Source of the DNA: Bacteroidota bacterium
GTDB taxonomy: Bacteria > Bacteroidota > Bacteroidia > AKYH767-A > OLB10
Assembly: GCA_025352785.1 (NCBI GenBank)
Contig: JANXSD010000163.1
Span: forward strand, 11,028 to 75,027
Direction of reading: 5' to 3'
Length of the DNA: 64,000 nucleotides
The notes below the pieces were generated by a model that did not search any database, was not told the origin of the DNA, and saw only the letters and a list, made by a program, of their open reading frames with translations. This document shows, one piece after another, positions 48,072-57,689 of the stretch (the stretch's first letter is position 1; each line of letters begins with the position of its first letter). Position numbers and translations under genes: made by a program.

Positions 48072-49113
48072 AATGTTGTATTAATTGGTTAAATTCTTTT
48101 GATTGATTTCCAACAAATGCAATTTCAATATCGATTATTGCAATTGGTAAATCTTTAATTAACATTTTTAATTCTGGTCTTTGCAAACGCATAGCATCTT
48201 TACGAGTAGTGACAATATATGTTGGTGTATTTACAAATGCCATCGCAAACATATCAAATTTCTTTCTTAGATGAACTATATCAGCAACTGAATATGAATG
48301 GTGATCGGGAAATATTAATTCATCTATAGCAAGGCAATAATCGATTAGGAATGATTTTAAGGGTGCGGGATTAGCAATGCCAGTGAGAAGTAAAATATTT
48401 TTATCTCTCAACTCTTCGAGAATAATATTACTTGAATTATCAATAGTTAAAAGCTCATTGTATTTGATGTAAGTGAAAAATAATTTTTGGAAACTATTTA
48501 AATTTAATCGAGATTTTACAGATGCCATTTCCGTTTCACTAATGGAAGCAGGGCATTTTGTAACAACAATACATTGTGCTCTTTTTGATGAACTTATTGG
48601 CTCACGTAATCTTCCTAATGGCAACAACTCATCATCAATATAAAGGTCGTTAAATTCGGTAAGTAAAATATTCAACCCTGCTTTAATATAGCGATGTTGG
48701 AACGCATCATCCAAAATTATTAAATCTGGAGTTCCATTCTTTTGAATAATTGATTCAATACCTTCTTTTCTCTTTTCAGATACTGCAACAGTTACATCTT
48801 TTAAATACTTTGCGTATTGGAGAGGTTCATCGCCAACTTCAATTGCAGTATCATTAGGATTAACAAAACGAAACCCTTTTGTTGATCTTCCATAACCTCT
48901 AGAGAGTATTGTTATTCTATGAGAAGTACGTAGAAGCATGGCGAGGTAAAATACTTGAGGCGATTTACCCGTACCCCCAGTTTTTAAATTCCCTATGCAA
49001 ATTATAGGAAAATTAAAGGACTTTTGTTTCAAAATCCCTATATCGAACAAAAAGTTCCTAAGGAGAATTATAACTCCATACAATTTCGCAAAGGGCCAAA
49101 GTAGTATTTGCAT
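48055..49113 (-). CDS. lpxK: tetraacyldisaccharide 4'-kinase
   Basis: P-loop GNLKTGGTGKSP and LLWPFAKLYG at the N-terminus. I prefer the ATG at 49113 (MQILLWPF). The track's start at 49152 adds 13 non-conserved residues and remains possible. Confidence 0.88.
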   Translation of the reverse strand: MQILLWPFAKLYGVIILLRNFLFDIGILKQKSFNFPIICIGNLKTGGTGKSPQVFYLAMLLRTSHRITILSRGYGRSTKGFRFVNPNDTAIEVGDEPLQYAKYLKDVTVAVSEKRKEGIESIIQKNGTPDLIILDDAFQHRYIKAGLNILLTEFNDLYIDDELLPLGRLREPISSSKRAQCIVVTKCPASISETEMASVKSRLNLNSFQKLFFTYIKYNELLTIDNSSNIILEELRDKNILLLTGIANPAPLKSFLIDYCLAIDELIFPDHHSYSVADIVHLRKKFDMFAMAFVNTPTYIVTTRKDAMRLQRPELKMLIKDLPIAIIDIEIAFVGNQSKEFNQLIQHYVESN

Positions 49114-49202
49114 GCTGCGAAAATAGAATAATTCATTGCACCATTTTTTCATTGTATTGATTTAGCCCTAGCTTAATTACATTTGCGCTCAAATTTATTA
49201 TC

Positions 49203-50297
49203 ATGCGTTTAAGTGAAATCATCTCTGTAATTGAACAATTAGCGCCTCCTTCCTATCAGGAGTCCTACGACAATTCGGGTCTTATTACCGGAAGTACTGA
49301 AATGGAAATTACTGGTGCATTAATATGTTTAGATAGCTTGGAAGTCATTTTAGATGAAGCAATCCAAAAAAAATGCAATCTCGTAATTGCGCATCATCCA
49401 ATTGTTTTTTCAGGGTTAAAACGATTAAATGGCAATAATTATATTGAACGAGTTATTATTAAAGCAATCAAAAATGATATTGCCATTTATTCAGTGCATA
49501 CCAATTTAGATAATGTTTACAGAGGAGTAAATTCTAAAATCTGTGAAAAATTAAACTTAATTAATTGCAAGATACTTTCCCCAATGAGTAATCAATTAAG
49601 AAAGCTGGTGACGTATGCTCAAAAGAAAGATATTGAAGGAATTAGAAATGCACTTTTTATTGCCGGAGCGGGAGATATTGGTAATTACAGCGAGTGCAGT
49701 TTTACCTCTACAGGAACTGGAACGTATAAAGGAAGTACTGGGTCAAATCCTACAGTTGGTGAAAAGAATGTTAGATCTTATGAAACCGAAGAGCGCATAG
49801 AAATTATATTTCCTCAACATTTAGAAAGCCTAATAATTCCAGCTATAAAATCAAGGAATACCTATGAAGAGGTTGCTTATGAGATTTGTGAAATTAATAA
49901 TGTCAACCAATTTTTAGGAGCTGGAATGGTTGGTGAATTAGAATCGGCGATGAATTCAAGTGAATTTCTTTTGTTTGTTAAATCCGCAATGAAAGCATCG
50001 AGTGTTCGTTTTACTAAGCCTTTATCAGAACCCATAAAGAAAGTTGCAGTTTGCGGAGGGTCAGGGAGTTTTTTATTAGGAAATGCCATCAAATCGCGTG
50101 CACAAGTTTTCATTAGTGCAGACTTTAAATACCACCAGTTTTTTGATGCTGATAGCAAAATCATGATCGTAGATATCGGACACTTTGAAACTGAGCAGTT
50201 TACAATTGAGCTATTAGGTGCTTATTTAAGGGAAAAATTCCCTAAATTTGCCGTCCATTTGACGGAACTAAACACCAATCCTATCAACTATATTTGA
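49203..50297 (+). CDS. Nif3-like dinuclear metal centre protein (YbgI/GTP cyclohydrolase 1 type 2 family)
   Basis: 364 aa. DNSGL, LVIAHHP, IAIYSVHTNLD, and C-terminal GHFETE. Confidence 0.9.
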   Translation: MRLSEIISVIEQLAPPSYQESYDNSGLITGSTEMEITGALICLDSLEVILDEAIQKKCNLVIAHHPIVFSGLKRLNGNNYIERVIIKAIKNDIAIYSVHTNLDNVYRGVNSKICEKLNLINCKILSPMSNQLRKLVTYAQKKDIEGIRNALFIAGAGDIGNYSECSFTSTGTGTYKGSTGSNPTVGEKNVRSYETEERIEIIFPQHLESLIIPAIKSRNTYEEVAYEICEINNVNQFLGAGMVGELESAMNSSEFLLFVKSAMKASSVRFTKPLSEPIKKVAVCGGSGSFLLGNAIKSRAQVFISADFKYHQFFDADSKIMIVDIGHFETEQFTIELLGAYLREKFPKFAVHLTELNTNPINYI

Positions 50298-50299
50298 TC

Positions 50300-51121
50300 A
50301 TGGCTACCAAAAAGACCTCCAAAAAAGAAGACATTGCAGTAGCCGAAGCTCCAAAGAAGCCTTTGCCAATAGTTCGCACTATTGAAAAAGGTGAAAATAC
50401 TATTGAAGACAAGCTTCGTGCACTATTCCAACTTCAACTTATCGACAGTCAGATCGATAAAATCCGCATTACTAGAGGAGAATTACCAATGGAGGTAATC
50501 GATCTTGAAGATGAAATTGCTGGTTTACAAACTCGAATTACGAATTATACTGAAGAAGCCAAAAATCTTGACGATCAGGTTAAATCGAAAAAGCAGACTA
50601 TTAAGGATGCTTTAGCTTTGATAAAGAAATACCAAACGCAACAAGGAAGTGTTAAGAATAATCGTGAATTCGATTCGCTTAACAAGGAGATGGAATATCA
50701 GCAATTAGAGATTCAATTAAGCGAAAAACGCATTAAAGAATTTTCTGCTGAACTAGCAGCAAAAAAGCAAATCATAGATGCCTCTGGAAAAACATTTGAA
50801 GATCGTCAAATCGATCTTCAAAATAAAAAGGCAGAATTAGATTCTATCATTGCAGAAACTGAAAAGGAAGAACTAGAACTATCTACCGAATCAAACAAAG
50901 CGTCAACTGTTATTGAGGAAAGATTACTCACTGCATATTATAGAATTCGTGGTAACGCACGTAATGGCCTTGCAGTGGTTAGTATTGCTCGCGATGCATG
51001 TGGTGGTTGTTTTAATAAGATTCCACCTCAACGTCAGTTAGATATTCGACAACGAAAAAAAGTTATTGTTTGTGAACATTGCGGTCGAATACTCGTGGAT
51101 CCAAATATCCTTGATAAATAA
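50300..51121 (+). CDS. coiled-coil / C4 zinc-ribbon protein (COG1579-type, conserved partner of Nif3)
   Basis: I start it at ATG 50300. It has a long coiled coil and a C-terminal CGGC...CEHCGRIL zinc ribbon. The position after the nif3-like gene is the conserved pairing. Confidence 0.85.
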   Translation: MATKKTSKKEDIAVAEAPKKPLPIVRTIEKGENTIEDKLRALFQLQLIDSQIDKIRITRGELPMEVIDLEDEIAGLQTRITNYTEEAKNLDDQVKSKKQTIKDALALIKKYQTQQGSVKNNREFDSLNKEMEYQQLEIQLSEKRIKEFSAELAAKKQIIDASGKTFEDRQIDLQNKKAELDSIIAETEKEELELSTESNKASTVIEERLLTAYYRIRGNARNGLAVVSIARDACGGCFNKIPPQRQLDIRQRKKVIVCEHCGRILVDPNILDK

Positions 51122-51146
51122 GTAATAGAAATTAATTTATAAAAAA

Positions 51147-51174
51147 CCTCAAAGAAATTTGGGGCTTTTTTTTG
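51147..51174 (+). terminator. rho-independent terminator after the zinc-ribbon gene
   Basis: CCTCAAA, GAAA, TTTGGGG (7-bp stem with one G-U pair), followed by CTTTTTTTTG. Confidence 0.55.
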
Positions 51175-51256
51175 CCTTTTTTTGAAAATGTGTATTAAGA
51201 AAAATAAATACTATATTTATACTTTATAAATTCATATTCACTAAAACTGATTTTAA

Positions 51257-52105
51257 ATGAAAAAGCAAATGGAAAATTTGAACAAAACTATTTTTGAAAA
51301 CATTAAATTACTTGATCTAAACAATAATGAATATTGGACTGCACGTGATTTAAGTAAGGTACTTGAGTATTCAGAATTCAGACACTTTAAACCCGTAATT
51401 GATCGTGCAAAAGAAGCTTGCAAGAACAGCGGATTTAAAGTGTCTGATCATATCGAGGATATCCTCGATATGATCGAATTAGGGAAAGGTGCACTGCGCC
51501 AAATTGATAATGTGAAGCTATCAAGGTATGCTTGTTATTTGATAGTGCAGAATGCGGATCCTAGTAAAGAAATAGTTGCGATAGGACAGACATATTTCGC
51601 TGTACAAACACGATTGCAAGAGATTCAACAAATGCAAGCGTATCAGCAATTAAAAACGGAAGATGCTAAAAGGATATTTCTTCGTCAGGAATTAGCTGCA
51701 CACAATAAGCAATTAGCTGATGCAGCAAAAAATGCAGGTGTAATTAACCCAATTGATTATGCGATATTTCAGAATCACGGTTACTTGGGATTGTATGGAG
51801 GACTAGATGCTAAAGGAATTCATCAACAGAAAAAATTGAAGAAAAGTGAAAATATTTTAGACCACATGGGAAGTACTGAATTAGCAGCTAATCTATTTCG
51901 TTCAACGCAAACCGAAGATAAATTAAGACGTGAGAATATAAAAGGGAAACAGAAAGCTAATCAAACACATTTTGATGTTGGTAAAAAAGTAAGAAAAACG
52001 ATAATAGAATTGGGTGGAATGTTGCCAGAAAATTTACCCGTTTCAGAAAGCATTAAAAAAATAAACAAAAAAGAAGCGATGAAAAAAATGAATTCAAAAA
52101 AATAA
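51257..52105 (+). CDS. dinD: DNA damage-inducible protein D (DinD-like)
   Basis: 282 aa. The N-terminal block FENIK....NEYWTARDLSKVLEYSEFRHFKPVIDRAKEACKNSG..VSDH and the following YFAVQTR region match my recollection of DinD-family proteins. Confidence 0.7.
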   Translation: MKKQMENLNKTIFENIKLLDLNNNEYWTARDLSKVLEYSEFRHFKPVIDRAKEACKNSGFKVSDHIEDILDMIELGKGALRQIDNVKLSRYACYLIVQNADPSKEIVAIGQTYFAVQTRLQEIQQMQAYQQLKTEDAKRIFLRQELAAHNKQLADAAKNAGVINPIDYAIFQNHGYLGLYGGLDAKGIHQQKKLKKSENILDHMGSTELAANLFRSTQTEDKLRRENIKGKQKANQTHFDVGKKVRKTIIELGGMLPENLPVSESIKKINKKEAMKKMNSKK

Positions 52106-52218
52106 CAGATAGAAATATAATATGACTCTACTTCTACTTTAGAAAATTTTTAGAATAGCGCTTTTCTGAAATATAATATATGTTAAATTAAATAAAAGAA
52201 AATAAGTTTATTTGTTCT

Positions 52219-53355
52219 TTACAGCCTATCAAATAAATCATATCCAAGCAAGCGGCTTTCCTGATCACCATAAAATAACTTAAATCGCTTTTTTGCTTTC
52301 AGTCCTATTAATTTACCAATTTCAGGATTACCTGTAAAAATAAATGCTTTATAATTAGTAAATTTCTGTTTAAAACAATTTCCAATATTTGAGAAGAAAT
52401 TTTTATCTTCAATAATATCTTCTTTATTTCCAAATGGTGGATTTATTAAAATTGTTCCTACTCCATCTGGTCTTTTGAATAAATTAAAATCAACATTACT
52501 GGTTATAATCATATCATCAACTCCTGCTGAAGCGATGTTTAAATTTGCTTTTTCAAAGACCTCCTTATTGACTTCATTTGCATAAATACGAATTGGATTA
52601 TTTACAATTCTTGCGATTTGTTTATCACGAATAAGATTGAAAAGATTTAAATCAAAGTCGATCCAATTCTCGAAGGCAAAATGCTTTCGAAATGCCCCAG
52701 GAGGGATTTTTGCAGCCCATAATGCAGCCTCAATTGGAATAACCCCAGCACCACACATTAAATCAATCAATGGTTGATGTGTCTCCCAACTTGAAAGCAC
52801 AATGATTCCAGATGCGATAATGGGATCTAATATTTCATTGTTTTCTTCAAGTAAATATCCTCTTTTACTTAATGATTCTCCAGAACTATTTAAAAGTATA
52901 GATCCATTGATTCCAATATAAATTAGAATTTCTACATCAGGATTTATAAGCTCAATTTTGGGAAATTTATTGACTTTACTTTGAAAAAAATCAACAACGG
53001 ATTGACTGGCTTTCGTAACCAACAATAATTTATCTTCAAAAAATTCAGAAGAAATTGTGCACTTAACATTGAATGACTGATCAGATGTTAAATAATTGTC
53101 CCATTGAATTGAATCCAAATTTAAGAACAAATCTTTCTCATCATAAACTGGAAAAGTTTTAATGAGAGGCAACACCATTAAACCAGTACGCAAGCAGAAA
53201 TTTGCTTTGTACATGAAACCTTTATCACCAGTGCAGGATACAGCTTTCCATTTGATTTCAACATCTCTCCCTCCTAGTTGACTAATTTCTTTAGCCAACA
53301 ATTCTTCTAATCCACTATAAGTTGGAATAACAAATCTAGTTTCAGTGTCAAACAT
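52219..53355 (-). CDS. THUMP domain-containing class I SAM-dependent RNA methyltransferase
   Basis: 378 aa. N-terminal THUMP-like fold, DLMCGAGVIPIEAA (motif I), and INPPFG (motif IV). Confidence 0.85.
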   Translation of the reverse strand: MFDTETRFVIPTYSGLEELLAKEISQLGGRDVEIKWKAVSCTGDKGFMYKANFCLRTGLMVLPLIKTFPVYDEKDLFLNLDSIQWDNYLTSDQSFNVKCTISSEFFEDKLLLVTKASQSVVDFFQSKVNKFPKIELINPDVEILIYIGINGSILLNSSGESLSKRGYLLEENNEILDPIIASGIIVLSSWETHQPLIDLMCGAGVIPIEAALWAAKIPPGAFRKHFAFENWIDFDLNLFNLIRDKQIARIVNNPIRIYANEVNKEVFEKANLNIASAGVDDMIITSNVDFNLFKRPDGVGTILINPPFGNKEDIIEDKNFFSNIGNCFKQKFTNYKAFIFTGNPEIGKLIGLKAKKRFKLFYGDQESRLLGYDLFDRL

Positions 53356-53412
53356 GTTTTTGAATATTTACGAAGATAGTTATAAGAAAAATCACTCCAT
53401 TAAATCAAATTA

Positions 53413-53449
53413 AAAAGCTGCTCTTGAAAATAAAACAAAAGCAGCTTTT
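53413..53449 (-). terminator. putative terminator of the TonB-dependent receptor operon
   Basis: On the minus strand: AAAAGCTGC, a 19-nt loop, GCAGCTTTT, then a T-rich run. It lies 18 nt after the stop. The large loop lowers confidence. Confidence 0.4.
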
Positions 53450-53466
53450 AATACTTTAAGAAATAT

Positions 53467-55755
53467 TTATTTCAGTCCAAAAGGCACAGTAAATCCAATG
53501 GTAATATTCCTTCCCATTGCATGAATTCCTGCATCTTTTAATCGACTTAGATGATCATAATAATTTTCATTGGTAATATTTGTACATAATAAAAATAAAT
53601 TTGCCCATTGCTTACCAATTAAAAAATCAGTACCCGCTGAGGCACTTAAAACCGTAGCGCCTTTCGTTTCTGATTCGAATTCATCAATGCGATCTTGCTT
53701 TGAATAAACATCAAGCATTAATTTAACATGAGACTCACGAAATTTCTTACCATGAATAATCTTAAATGAATAATTCAAATTGCTTCTATAATGAATTGGA
53801 GGTATGAATGGCAAAGGCTTATTTGTTTCAATATTAGTTGCATAAACATATGCTATTGAATTTTCGAAATGCAATTGATCAATCAAATGAATATCAGCAG
53901 ATACTTCGAATCCTTTTAATGACGAATTTCCTTGCGTATATCGATAAACGGGGTATGTTATAGCATCTTTCGTAATTTGTTCATTCGTGGTGTTTCGATA
54001 ATAGATAAAATTATCAATGAAATTATAATATCCAGAAAAATCCAGAGTAACTCTAGCGGATTCAAAACCTATTCCAGCATCAAATTGCAATGATGTTTCT
54101 GGATGCAAATTAGAATTACCAATTTCATATCTAAATGTTCCTTCATGCACCCCATTTGCGGATAATTCTGAAATATTTGGGGAACGAAATCCTCTTCCAA
54201 TATTTCCTTTCAAATTAAAAAATTTATTTAATTTAAGTGTACTACCTATAGAGCCGGAGACTGCCGAGAAATGTGATGTGAATTTATCAAACAATATATT
54301 TCCAGCATCACTTAACTCATCACCTTTAACTTCACGTTGATCATATCTTATGCCTCCATTTAAAGTAACTTTCTCGAAATTTTTCTTAAACGAAATAAAT
54401 CCACCTAAATCTGACATTGAATAATTAGGAACTAAAAACTCAGTACCTTTATTCATGTTTTTCTGTTGCAATGTACTTGCACCAATTACTGTCTCAATTC
54501 CGTTAACTTCAGGTAAATAATATTTAGCATCTAAAGTAAATGTATGTAATCTAAAATAGAGTCCTGGTTCAGTACGGGAAACAGCAAATTCTTTACGATC
54601 GTTCTGTTGCCACCCAGTAGTTATTCTCAAATTACTTTTACCAATAAAAAAGCTATTTACAGAGGAGATTTTAACATGTTGAATATTTTGATTGGGCAAG
54701 TCGAGCTTTCTAGTAAAAACATCGGCATCACTTACTGGTTCTCCGCCACTATTTAAAAAATTATTTGTTGATGAATCACGTTTGCCTTCCACCAAACCAA
54801 TATTTGCATCGTACCAACTTGCATGTAAATGACTGAATCCCCAAGTTCGATTAAGACCTAATAATAAATTACCATCCTTTTCATTAAAGCCAGAATTGTA
54901 TATCCTTTCAAAAGGTGATTTGTAAGATGCGGCATTTTTATACGTGCTACGTGCTCTCCAAATAAATCCTTCTGAATTTCCTTCTGCCATTATTGAATTT
55001 GCTGTTAATCCATTATTGGAGGCGTATTGTGTATTTACTTCACCTCTAATCACGCCTAACGGTGCAGGTATTGGTTCAAGAATATTTATTACTCCTCCTA
55101 ATGCGTCCGAACCATACATCAAACTAGAAGGCCCCTTTAATACTTCAATTCGATCTGCAGAAAATTGGTCTATCTCTAGTCCATGTTCATCTCCCCATTG
55201 TTGTCCTTCTTGTCGAATACCTTCGTTGATTGTTACAATTCGATTATAACCCAAGCCGCGAATCACAGGTTTGCTTATAGCACTTCCAGTACTAATACCC
55301 GAAACTCCTGGAACTTGAGCAATTGCATCTGTAATATTATTGGCGCCGACAGATTGTAATTCTTTACGATCTAATGGTATCACCGAGAGACTTGATCGTG
55401 TATTATTACTTGTAAATGCACTTCCCGTAACAACAACTTCATTGGTTTCGATAACAGAAGTATTAAGTATAAAATCTTTGTTTTTTGTTGTAGATAAATC
55501 AACCTGCTCACTTATGGTGGAATAACCCACATATTTTACTTGTACTAAAAATTTGAGTGATGGCAATCCATTTAATTCATATTTTCCATTTACATCTGTA
55601 GCTGCACCAGAACGTAAGTCAGCAATATAAACAACAGCACCAATTAATGGCTGACCATCTTTTTTATCTGTTACCTTTCCTGTAAGTGAACCTTGTGCAT
55701 TTACTTCGAAACATAATAGCAACATCATTACTGATGAATAAATATATTTTTTCAT
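53467..55755 (-). CDS. TonB-dependent outer-membrane receptor with CarboxypepD_reg-like N-terminal domain
   Basis: 762 aa. Signal peptide, GSLTGKVTDKKDGQPLIGAVVYI (carboxypeptidase regulatory-like), a plug domain (RIEVLKGPSSLMYGSDALGGVINI), and a beta-barrel. Confidence 0.92.
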   Translation of the reverse strand: MKKYIYSSVMMLLLCFEVNAQGSLTGKVTDKKDGQPLIGAVVYIADLRSGAATDVNGKYELNGLPSLKFLVQVKYVGYSTISEQVDLSTTKNKDFILNTSVIETNEVVVTGSAFTSNNTRSSLSVIPLDRKELQSVGANNITDAIAQVPGVSGISTGSAISKPVIRGLGYNRIVTINEGIRQEGQQWGDEHGLEIDQFSADRIEVLKGPSSLMYGSDALGGVINILEPIPAPLGVIRGEVNTQYASNNGLTANSIMAEGNSEGFIWRARSTYKNAASYKSPFERIYNSGFNEKDGNLLLGLNRTWGFSHLHASWYDANIGLVEGKRDSSTNNFLNSGGEPVSDADVFTRKLDLPNQNIQHVKISSVNSFFIGKSNLRITTGWQQNDRKEFAVSRTEPGLYFRLHTFTLDAKYYLPEVNGIETVIGASTLQQKNMNKGTEFLVPNYSMSDLGGFISFKKNFEKVTLNGGIRYDQREVKGDELSDAGNILFDKFTSHFSAVSGSIGSTLKLNKFFNLKGNIGRGFRSPNISELSANGVHEGTFRYEIGNSNLHPETSLQFDAGIGFESARVTLDFSGYYNFIDNFIYYRNTTNEQITKDAITYPVYRYTQGNSSLKGFEVSADIHLIDQLHFENSIAYVYATNIETNKPLPFIPPIHYRSNLNYSFKIIHGKKFRESHVKLMLDVYSKQDRIDEFESETKGATVLSASAGTDFLIGKQWANLFLLCTNITNENYYDHLSRLKDAGIHAMGRNITIGFTVPFGLK

Positions 55756-55837
55756 GTTTAAATATTAAGTTATTAAAATAATTAGTTCACCATCAAATAT
55801 GAAAATGATATGATGCATGACTAAAAAAAATAAAATA

Positions 55838-56164
55838 TCAACTTAATAATATGGGTGGACCTCTACATTCAAAAATTTCATGAAATGCAAAAGTTATAGG
55901 AAGCGCTAAATACTTTTTAAAGTAGTAATTATTTTTCACTATTAAAAACTCAATGAAAGTTACCTCTTGCAACATTGGAGGAACCGACAACTCTAGTATT
56001 AAGCAATGTTCGTGATGTTGACCTACAGCAAGATTTCTTGAATTATTTATCTGATCAACGGTATCGGTATGATCACAAAATGAATGTATGAATTCATGCG
56101 GAATAATCCACTGAAGGCTTAAAGCCAACAAGAAAAGTGAAATTAATTTCCGGAGTTTTAACAT
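55838..56164 (-). CDS. small His/Cys-rich membrane-anchored or secreted protein
   Basis: 108 aa. N-terminal hydrophobic helix MLKLRKLISLFLLALSL, then PHEFIHSFCDHTD and GQHHEHC clusters. It lies immediately upstream of the receptor gene on the same strand. Confidence 0.5.
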   Translation of the reverse strand: MLKLRKLISLFLLALSLQWIIPHEFIHSFCDHTDTVDQINNSRNLAVGQHHEHCLILELSVPPMLQEVTFIEFLIVKNNYYFKKYLALPITFAFHEIFECRGPPILLS

Positions 56165-56183
56165 ATCATTTCAAAAATTTACT

Positions 56184-56858
56184 TTAATTTTTAAAGGCAT
56201 AGTCAATAATATTTGCTCCCATCTTTAAAGCCTTTTGATGAATCTCTGGAGAATCTTTATGTACTTCGTAATCTTCCCATCCATCACCTAAGTCGCATTC
56301 GTAATCATAAAAACATACTAACCTACCATTGTAAATTAAACCGAACCCTTGTGCTGGAGTTCCATCATGTTCATGCACTTTGGGAAGTCCATTAGGAAAA
56401 TCAAATTTCTGATGATAAATGGGATGGCTAAAAGGCAATTCAACAAATTCAAGTTCTGGAAATACTTTTTTCATTTGAGGACGAATGAACTTATCGATTC
56501 CATAATTATCGGAAATATGCAAAAATCCACCACCGATAAGATAATTACGAAGGTTTTGTGTTTCTTGAACATTAAAAACAACATTGCCATGTCCTGTCAT
56601 GTGAACAAATGGAAAATTAAACAATTCTGCACTTCCAACTTCAACGATTGCTTGTTGGGGAGCTATTGTAGTATTGAGATTTTGATTACAAAAGCTAATT
56701 AGGTTTCTTAAAGAAGTTTCTAGATTTGCGTACCAATCGCCACCGCCGTTGTACTTCAATAAAGCAATCTTAACAGATGGTTCAGGAGATTGGAAACTTA
56801 GAAATAAGAAAATTATTGGTAATGCAATAAATATCTTTTTACTATTAACTCGCTTCAT
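56184..56858 (-). CDS. DUF4159-like secreted protein
   Basis: 224 aa with a signal peptide. IALLKYNGGGDWYAN resembles the DUF4159 signature as I remember it. Confidence 0.55.
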   Translation of the reverse strand: MKRVNSKKIFIALPIIFLFLSFQSPEPSVKIALLKYNGGGDWYANLETSLRNLISFCNQNLNTTIAPQQAIVEVGSAELFNFPFVHMTGHGNVVFNVQETQNLRNYLIGGGFLHISDNYGIDKFIRPQMKKVFPELEFVELPFSHPIYHQKFDFPNGLPKVHEHDGTPAQGFGLIYNGRLVCFYDYECDLGDGWEDYEVHKDSPEIHQKALKMGANIIDYAFKN

Positions 56859-56916
56859 TTTACAAATGTAACAAATATGTGAGGTGATACTTCTATCTAA
56901 AATAACTAATCATACT

Positions 56917-57618
56917 TTATTCACCATTGAATATTGCAAAAGATGAACATGCGTGCAGTGCTGCTGTTTCAGTGCGTAATCGACTTAAGCCTAATGAAAG
57001 CGAAGAAAATCCATTAGCCATTGCCAATTCAATCTCCTTTGGAACGAAATCACCTTCTGGCCCGATTAATATTAATGTATCCGTGGCATTAGTAAAAGTT
57101 TCTATTAATGTCTTCTTTTCACCCTCATCGCAATGGGCTATTAGTTTTGTTTCGTTGAAGTTTAAAATGATAAATTTTTCTAAACTGATGATAGGATTCA
57201 AATGTGGAAAGTATGCTTTGCGAGATTGCTTTGCTGCGGAAATAATCACTTTTTCTAATCTTTCTAGTTTAACTTCTTTTCTTTCCGAACGTTGACAAAG
57301 TATCGGAGTAATTTGTTCAATACCAATTTCAGTTGCTTTTTCAAGAAACCATTCTAAGCGATCAATATTTTTTGTTGGTGCGATAGCGATGTGCAAAGTA
57401 TTTTTCCGTGGTTGAGTTTTTATTTCATTAATAATTTCTGCTGTAACAGTTTTCTTTGAAATCTCCAGAAGTTTTGCAATATATAAACTACCCTTTCCAT
57501 TGGTTAATTGAATATTCTCGCCAGATTTAGATCGTAACACATGAAATATATGATGTGCTTCGTCGATAGGAAGAACGACAATATCGTCTATAATTTCGGG
57601 ACAATAGAATAATTGCAT
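56917..57618 (-). CDS. rsmE: 16S rRNA (uracil1498-N3)-methyltransferase
   Basis: 233 aa. MQLFY... N-terminus, HIFHVLR, and C-terminal SPOUT knot LIGPEGDF...LSLGLSRLRTETAAL. Confidence 0.92.
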   Translation of the reverse strand: MQLFYCPEIIDDIVVLPIDEAHHIFHVLRSKSGENIQLTNGKGSLYIAKLLEISKKTVTAEIINEIKTQPRKNTLHIAIAPTKNIDRLEWFLEKATEIGIEQITPILCQRSERKEVKLERLEKVIISAAKQSRKAYFPHLNPIISLEKFIILNFNETKLIAHCDEGEKKTLIETFTNATDTLILIGPEGDFVPKEIELAMANGFSSLSLGLSRLRTETAALHACSSFAIFNGE

Positions 57619-57634
57619 AGATGGATATAAAATG

Positions 57635-57673
57635 ATAATGGTGTAAAAACGAAATACGTTCTTACACCATTAT
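57635..57673 (-). terminator. putative terminator after pckA
   Basis: ATAATGGTGTAA (57635..57646), a 15-nt loop, TTACACCATTAT (57662..57673). A 12-bp perfect stem followed on the minus strand by CATTTTAT. Confidence 0.45.
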
Positions 57674-57689
57674 TTTATGAATAATAGAA

